A DNA stretch of 64,000 nucleotides from Chrysemys picta bellii (lineage: Eukaryota), in contig NC_088792.1 in assembly GCF_011386835.1 (NCBI RefSeq), positions 9,920,001 to 9,984,000 of the forward strand, read 5' to 3'. Numbering within the stretch: position 1 is the stretch's first letter; each line of letters starts with the position of its first letter. Positions 36,427-48,913 of this stretch are shown one piece after another. Below the pieces are notes generated by a model, which was given only the letters and a program-made list of their open reading frames with translations, did no database searches and was not told the origin of the DNA. The translations under genes were made by a program, and so were the position numbers.

Positions 36427-37044
36427 GTAAGGAGCTTCCTATATATAGTCTTACCACTCGTGGTGTGATGGGTTTGCCTTCCATTTTGGAGACCCTTTGG
36501 AGAAGATGGAGCTGATCAGTTACATTGGCTTCACACCAGTGTTACTCCATTGGAATTACTCTTGAGCAAGAGAGATCAGAATCAGGGTCAAGGTTTGTGC
36601 ACGTTGAATACTTTTGTAAACTTAAATCATTTGAGAGGTTCACAAAGTCTCAGACACCACATGGTTTGCCCAGCTTTACCTGAATACTCTAAACATGGTT
36701 ACATCCGTGAAGAATATAAATTCTTGTACACATGTGGCAACCTATCTGTTATAAAAGCAACTCGTTTTCAATGCACACGTCATTGACTTGTCAACAGAGG
36801 CAACTTCCCTCCCTGTTTTTGCAGGCAGAATTCAAGGTAAACAAGGCAAATAACGTAAGAGCTACCTTCCCACCTACTGCAAATCTTTGCTGTTTCAAGA
36901 GCTGAGCCCAAAACAAATAATTTCTGAAGGTTCTGAAACATTTCACTATCTGAGAATTTATTTATATACATATATATAAATGTATACATACACACACACA
37001 AACACTCATAATATTTGTTGTAATGTTTATTATATACTACATAA

Positions 37045-37389
37045 AACTGGGCATGTTTAGTCTTAAGAAAAGCAGACTGAAAGGGGACCTGATAACAGAC
37101 TTCAAATATGTTAAGGGCTGTTCTAAAAAGGATGGTGAAGATAGGACGAGAGGTAATGGGCTTAATCTGAAGCAAGGGAAAACTTTCTAACTATAAGGAT
37201 AGCTAATCGCTGGAATAGGTTATGACAGGTTGTGGAATCGCTGTCATTGGAAGTTTTTAAGAACAGGTTTGGCAAACACCTGTGATGGATCATCTAGGTT
37301 TGCTTGGTCCTGCCTCAACCTGGGGGGAAGAACTAGATGGATCTCTTGAGGTCCCTTCCAGCCCTACATTTCTAAGATTCCATGATTCT
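37045..37389 (+). mobile_element. CR1 LINE 3' fragment
   Basis: LGMFSLKKSRLKGDLITDFKY-like RT end, then ctagatggatctcttgaggtcccttccagccctacatttctaagattccatgattcta tail. Confidence 0.85.
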
Positions 37390-38030
37390 ATATTTGTGCT
37401 CCTTCTATGCTTCCATGTTCCAGCCAGGACCCAGAATACCCCTTCTTGTCAAAATACCCCTTTTTGTTGTATTTTCAGTCAGAGTAGAAGGAAATAATAT
37501 CAGGGAGCCCCCAAAATTGCTAAATTTTTACAAATACAGATTTTACAAATTTAAGAGATTTAAATAGTTTGGAGAAGGTTCAAACAAGCTTCTGAATGAT
37601 GCACACTTGTCTGGCCCTGCACACCAAAATTTTTGAAGGTTCTCCTGATGCTTGTTCGGAGCCCCTGTACAAACACTACCTGAAAATGAAAGAGAAGAAC
37701 AAATGTAATATTTACATTCCTTTTGGCAGAAAAGTGTAGGTTGACGTTGGCAGCAATTTCCTGCATATCCTTCCCTTCTTACTTTCACTGCATTGACGGT
37801 TGTGTTTTAGCCCCGTCCCTTGACTGTTTGACTCATTGTGGTGCCTTGATACCGTTGTGATAATTACATTAGAAATGCGCTGATAAGTATGTGGATCTCT
37901 TCACAAAGGTGGCCCCGAACGGAGAGCTGGATTACAGACTCCCACAGAGTGATGTCTGGACTGCATGAGGATACCAGTAGAATGCAAACTCTTGGAAACG
38001 TCCAGTAACCGCTGCTTTGTTCACTTGTAG

Positions 38031-38195
38031 GAATTAATCCGAAATAAAGCAAGAAATAGCCAAAACTGTGCGCTGCTGGAGCAGGCTTATGCCATTGTGT
38101 CCGCGCTCACCCAGCGTGCAGAAAACAACCTCCATATCTCGCTCATTGAGAACTATCCAGGGACTCTGGAAATTCTAGGAGAACCCATTCGACAG
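38031..38195 (+). CDS. OBSCN: OBSCN exon 22: DH end / PH start
   Basis: cttgtag acceptor, CAG|GTAATT donor; ELIRNKARNSQNCALLEQAYAIVSALTQRAENNLHISLIENYPGTLEILGEPIRQ; 165 nt. Confidence 0.95.
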
Positions 38196-39243
38196 GTAAT
38201 TAGAAACTCTGAATGAGGACAATTAGTGCTTAATGCTCTTCCTGCCTTTGATAAGCCTTAAGTGGTCCATATTCTTTAGTGGCTTCTATACAAATTGTCA
38301 TTTGAAACAGAAAATCAGCGTAACACCCACCAAAATGATTATCATTAATTCTGTGTTGTTGCATGTAATAAATTGCAGAACGTGACAGAGATGGACCTTC
38401 TGGATTGACTAAACTTGGGAGCTGCTGAGCATAGAAAGTTAGTCCCTTCCCCATGGGTAATATAGGTGTTTATCTTCACAACTCACCTTCCAAACAGCAG
38501 GAAATCCTGTTTGGGGCATGTTTAATGGCTCATTTCATGCACCCTTGTGCTGATTAAGGTGTCCACAGTATATGTTGTCAAAAATATATGGACCAAATCC
38601 TGTTCTCGTTGAAGTTGATGAGACTTTTCCAATTACACCTATGGAACTAGAATTTGGCCTTACGTTTTCATTGCATATGTTTCCCCAAGTAATAGACTTT
38701 TGTTTTTAAAGCTCAGTTTTAAAATGCATTTCCATTCAAATCAACATGGGTAATATTGTATGTGCTCAATATGAAATCGTGAGATTTGTTTCTCAATATC
38801 TTAGCCCTCACAATCCATATAACTTCAGAAGATCTTTCTGTCTCTCTACCTGTCTCTTTAGAAATGGATGGATGGATTTCAAGATACCACACAGGACATA
38901 ATTTGAAATTATATTTAATTTTTTAGTAGCTTTAGCCCTGGTGAAAGTTGCCTGGCTGGCAATCCTGGAGAGTTATGCCCCATATTTATCAATAGGCAAA
39001 GGAGTAATTTGAAAGATAATGTTGGAACTAAAACTGTGTACACAGATTAGGAGTAGTGTCATTCTGAATGCATCACATGTAATGGTGACAATCATCTGCT
39101 ATGTTGCAATAAAAGCCACGGTGGATGGGATGGAGGATGGAACACAGAACAATTGCTGTTCAGTAGCTGGGAAGTGATAGAGAGATGCCATGAAAGTAGT
39201 TCATCAAACATTTCTACTTATTATTTCCTGCTTTCTTTTCCAG

Positions 39244-39402
39244 GGTCACTTCATAGTGTGGGAAGGAGCTCCGGGAGCCAGAATTGCATGGAAAGGTCAC
39301 AACCGACATGTCTTCCTCTTCAAGAATTATATCCTGATCTGCAAACCCAAGCGAGACACCAAGACAGACACCTACAGCTACATCTTCAAGAACATGATGA
39401 AG
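39244..39402 (+). CDS. OBSCN: OBSCN exon 23: PH domain
   Basis: cttttccag acceptor; GHFIVWEGAPGARIAWKGHNRHVFLFKNYILICKPKRD...YIFKNMMK; donor AAG|GTCTAA (weak); 159 nt. Confidence 0.93.
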
Positions 39403-39879
39403 GTCTAACCCTTACTTTTACCTCCCCACCAGTACAATTGCTTTTTTTTTTTTCAGTCTGCTTCTCTCTCTCTTGATATGCAGCTGCTGGTCATCAGAAA
39501 ACAGGACATTTCACTGATCCTTTCAAATGGTTCTTTCGTTTCCAAAATTCCCTACAACACAGATAGAACCTGCAATACATTTTTTAGCTCTCCGAGTCAG
39601 GTAGAATATATGTCATAAACCACCAGACAGCGAAAGAACAGAATTTCATTGCGCATTAGTCAGGATACATATAGGAAGTTATGTTCACCCCAGCAGGAAG
39701 CCCATTGAAGCCAATGAAATTAGCCAGGTGGCGAATTTGGACCAAGATGGTTTCAAGTCAGTAAATTGGAATAGTTTCCATTTCAGTCTAATGCTGTATT
39801 TCCAATACTTGCCCTCTGCCAACAAAAGAATTGGGCAGGCCCATCTGAAGTCATTTGTCCCCATAGTATAAGAATATCA

Positions 39880-40211
39880 CATAAGAACATAAGAGCTGCC
39901 ATGCTGGGTCAGACCAATGGTCCCCATAGCTCAGTATCCTGTCTCTGACAGTAGCCAGTACCAGAGCTCCAGGGAGAGTTTACAGATCAGGGAAATTCTG
40001 GAGGGATCCGCTCCTGTCTTCCACTCCTGGCTTTTACCAGTCAGAGGTTGAGGATCACCTTGAGCATGGGGTTGTATCCCTGACCATCCTGGCTAATAGC
40101 CATTGGTGGACTTATTCTCCATGAATGTATTTAGTTATTTTTTGAACCCAGTTATACTTTTGTCCATCACAACATCCCATGGCAATAAATTCCACAGGTT
40201 AATTGTGTGTA
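39880..40211 (-). mobile_element. CR1-type LINE 3' fragment (antisense; same family as 12120-12486)
   Basis: ataagaacataagagctgccatgctgggtcagaccaatggtcc... is the reverse complement of the 12120-12486 tail. Confidence 0.78.
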
Positions 40212-40550
40212 TAATTATAAGAAATTCAGATTGGATTTTCAGATTTAAATGCTCAACTGCTACTAAAAGTCAATGGGTGTTGGGTGGTCTAACTCCCTAA
40301 GGCCCCTTTGAAAAGCCCCGTCTCATTCTTATGTGACCATCACATGCACAGTCTGTGTTTCCCAACTGGATTGTCTTGCTCTCCGTATAGTACCTACTGT
40401 GCAGTTTCTCTTCATGTTGCTCCTGCCTGTGTTGTTTCTCACAATGTATCGTCCTCTGTCATTAAGATCTCAGCATTGTTTTTCTGTTGATGCTGGCTTG
40501 TAGATCATGTGCAATATTCTTTTAACATTAAGTAGTTATTTTTCCTGGAG

Positions 40551-40816
40551 ATAATAATTCACAGGTGTCAGACTTTAAGCTGCCTGTTTGCTATATTCCA
40601 TTAGGTAGATCGCACAAAGCACTCCATAGTGGGCCGAATTCTCATTTACGCATAGGCCACTTTGCACGGCTCAGGCAGTGAAAAGGGACCGTCAAGGGGG
40701 TGTAAATTATGTTTACACTCACTTTAATGCCCTTTTGGTATAAATGAGAAGCAGGCCCAGTGTGTTCTAGGCAACAACTCTGCATTGGCAATGGGGGATT
40801 AGATGGCACCTAATAA
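40551..40816 (+). repeat. 266-bp direct repeat, copy 1
   Basis: Ungapped alignment to 42413-42678 with 16 mismatches by hand count (about 94%). Confidence 0.92.
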
Positions 40817-40855
40817 AATTTATCCCACTTACATTTTTATGGAGGTGGTTCTGAC

Positions 40856-41215
40856 CAGGGCCGCCCGGGGGGGGGGGGCAAGTGGGGCAATTTGCCCCAG
40901 GCCCCGGGCCCCGCAGAGACCCCCACGAGAGTTTTTTGGGGCCCCTGGAGCCGGGTCCTTTACTCGCTCCGGGGGCCCCGGAAAACTCTCGCGGGGCCCC
41001 CGGAGCTTCTTACGCTCCAGGTCTTCGGCGGCAATTCACAGCGGGGGCTCCTTCCGCCCCGGGACCCACCACTGAAGTGCCCTGAAGACCCGCGGTGGGG
41101 GCTCCTTCCGCCCCGGGACCCGCTGCCAAAGTGCCGGGTCTTCGGCGGCAATTCGGCGGCGGGGGCCCCCCACTGCCGAAGACCCCAGGCCCCCTGAATC
41201 CTCTGGGCGGCCCTG
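40856..41215. mobile_element. hAT-type MITE (TIR CAGGGCCGCCC), CpG-rich
   Basis: TIRs cagggccgccc / gggcggccctg; perfect 8-bp TSD GTTCTGAC; internal tandem unit ggggctccttccgccccgggaccc. Confidence 0.9.
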
Positions 41216-41368
41216 GTTCTGACTCAGAAAGATTAAATCTAGATCTGAACTTACCTAAATGTTGGGGCTTTCTTGGGAGCCAGGGTGTTGGTTCAGACTC
41301 ATGTCTAATTTCTGTCATGCGACTGAAGACATTTCATTGACTTTCTTACTGTCCTCCCTGTCACCCAG

Positions 41369-41546
41369 CTATCCCACATAGATGTGAATGACCTGGTGGA
41401 AGGAGATGACCGGGCATTTGAGATCTGGCATGAGCGAGAAGACTCTGTCCGCAAGTACCTACTTCAAGCTCGTACGGTCATCATCAAGAACTCCTGGGTG
41501 AAGGAAATCTGTGGTATACAGCAACGTATCAGCCTGCCTGTGTGGA
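41369..41546 (+). CDS. OBSCN: OBSCN exon 24: PH domain second half
   Basis: acccag acceptor, GTGAGT donor; LSHIDVNDLVEGDDRAFEIWHEREDSVRKYLLQART...SWVKEICGIQQRISLPVW; 178 nt. Confidence 0.95.
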
Positions 41547-42412
41547 GTGAGTATAGTCAGGAAGATTGATTGAACCTCTGCTAAAACTGATGTCTCTCCA
41601 GTTCAGAAGTGCAAGTGATGAATGGCTTTGCTGGTAAGATTAGCTCTGCAAGGAGGAGAGAGCCATCACAGCCAGCGTTATACCTCTGAAGCTTAACTAC
41701 GGGCTGGCCTAATTATGTCAGGGTCTACATGATAGCCTCCCTCCCACCGATGCAAGTGCCGTACTATACCAACATCATAACTTCACCTTCATGAGAGGTG
41801 TAAGTCTTAGGTTGGTGTAGTTAGGGCGACACGGTGTCTGTATAGACAATGTCCCTGTCATCGGCTGTTGACTGTCATGTCAATTTCACGGCAGGACCTG
41901 CGAAATTCACAAAAAAGCCGGGCAACTAGGGCCCCACTGCCCCCAGCTCCCTTGCAGAGCTGGGCAGCTGGACCCCACTCCTGGCTGGGAGCCAGGGTGA
42001 GAAGCCCAGGCAGCTGGACCCTGCTCCCAGCTGGGAGCTGGGGCAAGAAGCCCCGGTGGCTTCTCCCCACCCAGCTTCCAGCTGGGAGCCAGGCAGCCTT
42101 GTCAATGGCCCTGAGCTGTGAAATTGATGTGCTGCCCAGCTTCTGGCTGGGAGCAGGGGGAGAGGGGAGGGTGAGAAGCCAGGACAGCTGGACTCTTCTC
42201 CCCGGGGCTGAGAAGCCCAGGGCAGCTTCCCCCAGCTCCCCACTGGGAACAGGGAGTGGAGGGGTGGGGGACAGCCCTCCAGGCTCCCGGCAGGGAGCTG
42301 CCAGCAGAGCTGAGAGACCGGGCTCTCAGCTCCCCACTCTGCCCCTCTTAGGGTTGGTGGACGGGCTCCTGGTGAGGACGCGCATCACTGACCCAAGGAG
42401 GGTAGCTTGAAC

Positions 42413-42678
42413 ATAATAATTCACGGAGGTCAGACTTTAAGCTGCCTGTTTGCTATGTACCATTAGGTAGATCGCACAAAGCACTCCATAGTGGGCCGAA
42501 TTCTCATTTACACATAGGCCACTTTGCACTGCTCAGATAGTGTAAAGGGGCCTTCAAGGGGGTGTAAATTACGTTTACACTCACTTTAATGCCCTTTTGG
42601 TGTAAATGAGAAGCAGGCCCAGTGTGTTCTAGGCAACAACTCTGCATTGGCAATGGGGGATTAGATGATACCTAATAA
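42413..42678 (+). repeat. 266-bp direct repeat, copy 2
   Basis: See copy 1; offset 1862 bp. Confidence 0.92.
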
Positions 42679-42949
42679 TAGAACAGTAAGTCTGGAGGCT
42701 GCAATTCAACCTAATATGAAACCTCAGACTTATTTTTCTAGTGTAGACATACCGTAAGTTTAGGAGTTTCAGTTCCGTCCTTGCCCATAATAACCAAATG
42801 TCATAAATAATTTGTTAATTTGTGTTAAAATTCTATGATTGTAACATATCAGCTGAACTACCTGCTTACTTTTCAGAGGTTTGTCACCCTCATTATGCAA
42901 GACGCTGGCTGATGAGTTAAGGAAAGCTGGTTGTACCTGTACTATATGA

Positions 42950-45363
42950 TAGAAAACTTCATTCTAATAGTGGGAGAATCTGCTCAACATCTTACATGAC
43001 TATACACAAATGCAAGAAGTATGGAGAATAAACAATAAAAACTGGAAATATTAGTTCAGAAGCTAAATTATGACTTAATTGGCATCATAGAGACTTGGTG
43101 GGTTAAATCTCAATACGGGAAGATTGGTACAGAGGGGTATAGCTTGTTCAGGAAGGACAGGCAGGGTAAAAAAGGGAGGAGCTATTGTGTTATACATCAA
43201 TTATACGCCCTTGTTCTGAGGTCCAGAAGGAGGTGAGAGGCAGACCAGTTGAAAGTCTCTGGGTGAAGATAAAAAGGGAGACTACCATATCAGGAGGAGT
43301 AGGCGAATGAGACATTTCTAGAACAAATAACGAATAGCCAAAATACAAGACCTAATAGTAATGCGGGACTGACATCTGGAAAAACAATATGGCAAATGAC
43401 TAAATGTCCAGTAAACTCCTGGAGTGTCTTAGGGGCAGCTTTTAGTTTCAAAAAGTGGGGGAAATAACCAGGAGGACAGCCAATGTAGAGCTCATTCTGA
43501 CTGACAGGGAGGAATTGGTTGCAAATCTGATAGTTGAGGCCAACATGGGGAAAGTGATCAAGAAATGATAGATTTCATCATTCCAAGGAAAGGGAGGCAT
43601 GAAAGCAGCAGAATAAGGACAATGGACTTTAAAAAATAGACTTTAACAAACTCAGAGAACTTGTAGGGCAGGTCCTATGGGAAGAAAATCTAAGCGAACA
43701 AGGAGTTCAGGAGAGCTGGCTGTTTCTCAAAGAGACCATATCAAAGGCTCAACAGCAAATTATCCCAATGCAAAGGAAAGGTAGGAAAAATAGTAATAGG
43801 CCAATATGGCTCTTTAATGACCTGGAAATCAAAAAGGAAGCCTACAAAAAGTAGAAACATGGACAAATTGCTAAGGAGGCGTACAAAAAAATAGCACAAG
43901 CATGTAGAGACAAAATTCAGAAAGGCTAAGGCACAAAATGAGTTACACCTAGCAAGGGACGTACAGGACAATAAGAAGAGATTCTGTAAATACATTAGGC
44001 GCAAGAGAAAGATGAAGGACAATTTAGGTCCTCTTCTTAGTGGGGAAGGAGAGCGAATAATGGATGACGTCGAGAAGGCTGAGGCATTTAACACATATTT
44101 TGCTTCGGTCTTCACTAAAAAGGTAAATTGTATCGAAATACTTAATACAATAAAAACCAGGGTGAAGGAATGCAAGTGAAAATAAGGAAAGAAAGAGTAA
44201 AGAATATTTAGATAAGTTAGATGTAGCCAGCTCAGCAGAGCAAAATGAAATGCACCCTAGGGTATGTAAAGAACCATCTGAAGCAACCTCAGAACCATTG
44301 GAAATTATCTTTTGAGAACTCATGGAAGATGAGTGAGGTCCCAGATGACTGAAGAAGGGCAAACCTAGTACCTATCTTTAAAAAGGGGGAACAAAAAGGA
44401 CCTGTGGAATTATAGAGCAGTCAGCCTAACTTTGATACCTGGAAAGATATTGGAACAAATTATTAAATAATCAATTTGAAAGCACTTAGAGGATAACAGG
44501 GTAATAAGTCATAGCCAACATGGATTTGTGAAGATCATATCCTGCCAAACCAACCTAATTTTCTTCCTTGGCGGGGTTGCTGGCCTAGGAGATGAGGGGA
44601 AGCTGTGGACGTGATATATCTTGATTTTAGTAAGGCTTTTGACACATTCCCACATGACATTCTCCGAAGTAAAGAAGGGATGTAACTATTATGAAGTGGG
44701 TGCAGAGCTGGTTGAAAAAACATATGCAAAGAGTAGTTATCAATGATTTGCTGTCAAACTGGGAGGCTATATCTAGTGGGTGCCGCAGGGGTCAGTCCTG
44801 GGTCCAGTGCTATTCAGTATTTTCATTAATGACTTGATAATGGAGTGAAGAGTATGCTTATCAAATTTGCACATGATACCACATTGGAAGGGGTTGCTAG
44901 CACGTTGGAGGACAGGATTAGAATTCAACATGACCTTGACAAATTGGAGAATTAGTCTGAAATCACCAAGATAAAATTCAAAAAAGAAAAGATTTGAGGG
45001 GGTAACCTGATAACAGTCTTCAAATATGTTAAGGAATGTTATAAAGAGGACAGTGATCAGTTGTTCTGTATGCCCACTGAAAGTAGGACAAGTCAAAGGG
45101 GTTTGATCTGCAACAAATAAGATTTATGTTAGATATTAGGAAACTCTTTCTAACTCTAGGGGTAGTTAAGCTCTGGAATAGGCTTCCAGGGGAGTTTGTG
45201 GAATCTCTGTCACCTGAGGTTTCCAAGAGCAGGTTAGACACACACATGTCAGGGATGGTCTAGGTGTACTTGGTCTTATCTCATGACGGGGGGGGGGAGG
45301 GGAGGAGGTGGTGGGCTAGATGACCCCTCGAGGTCCCTTCCAGCCCTATATTTCTATGATTCT
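42950..45363 (+). mobile_element. Decayed CR1 LINE spanning most of ORF2 (APE endonuclease + RT) and 3' tail
   Basis: LYTNARSM (43000-43023), YDLIGIIETWW, PQGSVLGPVLFSIFINDL (from 44783), KFAHDT (44863-44880; degenerate FADD), tail gaggtcccttccagccctatatttctatgattct; many stops, frameshifts and deletions. Confidence 0.92.
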
Positions 45364-46424
45364 CCAGCACAGTTTAACAGTCCCATAGAAATCAAGAGAA
45401 CTTTTATGCTGGGTGGGGGAATACAGCTGCTAAAACCTCTATAACAAAGACTAAAAGTTAGCAATAGAAATATATCTGGGACACTTGATCCCAACCAGCC
45501 CCTGCTGTTGATTTCAAAGGGGTTATAGGCAGTTCACCAAGAACAAAGTTTGGTGAAAAGGGCCCAAACATGCACCATTCAAATCTGTGGGTATTTTGAT
45601 AATGATGTCAATGGGAACAGAATCAGAACCTGTTCCAAAGCCTATTGATGTCAATGGAAAGACTCCCTTTGATTTCAGTGGGCTTTGAATTAGATCCCAA
45701 GTGCCCAGATTGCATTCACAGGTGCAAAGAGGTAATTGCATGCAACGGGCTTATAGCATATTCAGTAAACTACTGAATGTGCACCTACACTTGCATATAT
45801 TACAGATAGAGCCTAAGACAATTTGGCTTCTATTTCTACTACATTTGCACCGAAAACAAGGCTGTGTATTTTAACTTTTACCAATAACCTGTTCTTATAA
45901 AGTGAGACTTCCAAATTATTTTTATACAACTTCTTGATATACATAAAGGTCAAAACCTAAAGTGTTTTAACAGTACTCAGTGCAGAATAAACTAGTGTGG
46001 AAAGAAGCAGGAATACATTTTGGGTGCTCAGCATTTTCTGAAAAACAGGATCCTTTAAGGTGTCTCACATCGGGCAGCCAAAAATGGAAGTGCCCAGAAC
46101 CACTAGTCAGTTTTGAAAATCTTGGCCTAAGAAACTGCCAAGGCTATAGAGTGAGTCAGAACGAGGGATAAAACTCAGCATTCCTGTCCCCCAGGTCTAA
46201 AATCACTAGCCAACACATGGTGAGCTCTGTTTATCCACAAGCAATTTGTAACGCCATGAAGTCATTAGAACCTGTTGGTTAATAAACTCTCCATTTCAGG
46301 TATCCCATGTTGAAACTTTAAGGTTTGCAAAACTCAGCCGTCCTGCGTGTCCTTTTTCTTCATTGCATTAGTCATTCTTCGGTCAGAACCACTAAAAATG
46401 CCTAATAAATCTCTTTTCTTTCAG

Positions 46425-46538
46425 TTCCTCCGAATTTTGAGGAAGAACTGGCTGACTGTACAGCCGAGCTGGGCGAAACTGTCAAATTGGCTTGCAAAGT
46501 AACAGGAGCTCCTAAACCAGCAGTTGCTTGGTATAAAG
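46425..46538 (+). CDS. OBSCN: OBSCN exon 25: Ig domain first half
   Basis: cttttctttcag acceptor, GTATCG donor; PPNFEEELADCTAELGETVKLACKVTGAPKPAVAWYK; 114 nt. Confidence 0.95.
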
Positions 46539-46737
46539 GTATCGTCAGCATCGTGTTGTCATGAGATAAATACTCCTAGTTTACACGGCCCTCACGCTAC
46601 TCCATACCAACTTCTTGGTAGCTGATCATTTAACTGAATCACATGTTTTCCCAGCAACATTATAATTACAGGTTTCAGAGGGGTAGCCATGTTAGTCTGT
46701 ATCAGCAAAAACAACAAGGAGTCCTTGTGGCACCTTA

Positions 46738-47022
46738 GGCCTGGTCCACACTAACCCCCCACTTCGAACTAAGGTACGCAAATTCAGCTACGTTAATCAC
46801 GTAGCTGAATTCGAAGTACCTAAGTTCAAACTTACTGCGGGTCCAGACGCGGCAGGCAAGCTCCCCCGTCGATGCCGCGTACTCCTCTCGCCGAGCTGGA
46901 GTACCAGCGTCGACGGCGAACACTTCTGGGATCGATTTATCGCGTCTAGACAAGACACGATAAATCGATCCCAGAAGATCAATTGCTTACCGCCGGACCT
47001 GGAGGTAAGTGTAGACCTACCC
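46738..47022 (-). mobile_element. PIF/Harbinger-like MITE, copy 3 (opposite orientation)
   Basis: TIRs ggcctggtccacacta / aagtgtagacctaccc; TSD TTA (46735-46737, 47023-47025); removal restores the Penelope consensus caccTTAgagact. Confidence 0.88.
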
Positions 47023-47046
47023 TTAGAGACTAACAAATTTATTTGG

Positions 47047-47086
47047 GCATAAGCTTTCGTGGACTAAAACCCACTTCATCAGATGC
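47047..47086 (-). ncRNA. Minimal type-I hammerhead ribozyme motif, canonical core (antisense)
   Basis: Reverse strand GCAU-CUGAUGA-A-GUGGG-uuuuag-UCCAC-GAAA-GCUU-AUGC (G-U closing pair in stem II). Confidence 0.75.
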
Positions 47087-47838
47087 ATGGAGTGGAAAAT
47101 ACAGAGGCAGGTATAAATACACAGCTCATGAAAAGATGGGAGTTGCCGTACTGAGTGGGGGGGGTCAGTGCTAACGAGCCAATTCAATTACGGTGGAAGT
47201 GGGCTATTCTCAACAGTTGACAAGAAGGGATGAATACCAAGGGAGGAAAAATCACTTTTGTAGTGCTAATGAGGCCAATGTAATCAAGGTGGCCCATTTC
47301 AAACAGCTGACAAGAAGGTGTGAGTATTGATATTGTTTTTACTATAATTACAGTTTTTACTTGCAGTGAAAACATCTTTGCTGAAAGTTCACACCCGATA
47401 CAAAGCTGTTTCACGTGCCTCTCACTGCATTTAAGTCTTTTCCTTTTACAACACACCATAATCAACGAGATCCTTCACCACACAGGACAGACTTCGGGAG
47501 AGTTTTCGTGTTTACATGAGGACAAAGCATGGCAGGTGATGAGCACCTGCAGTGCCCATTGAGATCAGGATTTAGCTCATGGTGGATACAATGTCTCCTC
47601 GGCTGTGTTCTCAGGGTGCATTGCAGAGAAGGAAGCTACTCTGACCTTATGCAATGTGCATCTGTTTTTAGAGAGGCGAACACAGCTCTAAGCCCCCTTC
47701 ATCCATGCCTTTCCCAGTCCTGGGGATAGCCAGGGTCCAAAGTGGAAGAAAAGGGTGCAGTTCCCAAACAGAGGCTGTAAACTGGTACTAAACTGATGCT
47801 GCGTTTAATGCGGGATTTTTCTTTCTTTTATTTTTAAG

Positions 47839-48006
47839 ATGGCAAACCAGTGGAGATGGATCCCCATCACATTATCATAGAAGATCCTGATGGTTCCTGC
47901 ACATTGATCCTGGATACTCTGATGGGTATTGACTCAGGACAGTACATGTGCTTTGCCACCAGTCCGGCTGGTAACGCCAGTACACTAGGAAAGATCCTTG
48001 TTCAAG
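47839..48006 (+). CDS. OBSCN: OBSCN exon 26: Ig domain second half
   Basis: tttttaag acceptor, GTAAAG donor; DGKPVEMDPHHIIIEDPDGSCTLIL...DSGQYMCFATSPAGNASTLGKILVQ; 168 nt. Confidence 0.95.
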
Positions 48007-48288
48007 GTAAAGTCCTGTACGGGTACATTGTTTTAAAGTGCTATTCACCACTTCCCTGCTGTATAATATACTAGGTATGTGCATTAAAACACACAGGCCG
48101 TTCTGCATTACATTCCTGGCGTGTCCTCTTTGACGCGCCCTCTGATAGCTCAGGAATAGTGAATCAGAAAGTCAGATCTCTTTGTTGGTTGCGCTCTGCT
48201 ACCAATGGCAGTGATCCAGTCAGGCCACAGACCTGTGTTGTATGTTTGGATTGCTGTCGTGTTTCTTAAGTTTATTCTCATTTTCTAG

Positions 48289-48391
48289 TGCCGCCGAGGT
48301 TTGTGAACAAGGTTAGAAATGCTTATTATGTTGAAGATGAAGACGCTCAGTTTACCTGCACCATTGAAGGAGCACCTTATCCTCAGATCAG
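48289..48391 (+). CDS. OBSCN: OBSCN exon 27: Ig domain first part
   Basis: ttttctag acceptor, AG|GTCAGT donor; VPPRFVNKVRNAYYVEDEDAQFTCTIEGAPYPQIR; 103 nt. Confidence 0.94.
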
Positions 48392-48913
48392 GTCAGTTCT
48401 TGAAGTTATTTCTTGACAGAAACTAAATGTTTGGGTGGTTTCCTCATGCAATTTATTGTAGCAATTGTGTGAGAGGGAAAAACCTGCAAATAATAATTGA
48501 TATGGGACTCTATCAGATGTAATGTGCTGATGTATATTTTGGGGTTCCTTTAACTATCTTCACCCAGCATGCATTCACTTCACCAACCAAGTGTTCTGGG
48601 CCATCCATGGTGACATTCTCTCTAGCAGCGGAAAGCTCAGTACAGCGTCCTCTGAAGACTGGCAGTGCTGCTCTATGCATTGGCTTGACACGTTTCCTGA
48701 GAAGAACGTAAGACTCTGTTTTTCCACAGGGGATGAGTGAGCTCCCTCCACAGTGATTCACATCCCTGAAAAATGCAGAAAGCGTGAGGCCCAGCTGGGA
48801 CCTAAACTTGTATCTCCCTCCTGGGAGTGCGTTGCTCTGCCCACGGGGTTGATGGGCGAGTGACTCATTGAAATGTCACATTTTGCCTTAGACTGGCTAT
48901 TTTCCATGCACAG

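Larger units (their letters stand above)
46672..47342 (-). mobile_element. Penelope-like element terminal fragment (interrupted by a Harbinger-like MITE)
   Basis: Terminal repeat homologous to 4714 and 35740 copies; 11-bp TSD TATAATTACAG at 46661-46671 and 47343-47353. Confidence 0.85.

Noticed and set aside
9960-42410. Long Gly/Pro/Ala-rich ORFs at 9960-10397, 23615-24163, 40803-41340 and 41868-42410
   Set aside because: They overlap GC-rich MITEs or repeats where stops are rare; no recognisable protein
43741-45096. Minus-strand ORFs of 107-144 aa
   Set aside because: Antisense frames of the decayed CR1 ORF2
46539-46547. Possible U12-type donor GTATCGTC
   Set aside because: Departs from the U12 consensus GTATCCTT, and no U12 branch motif precedes the 47839 acceptor
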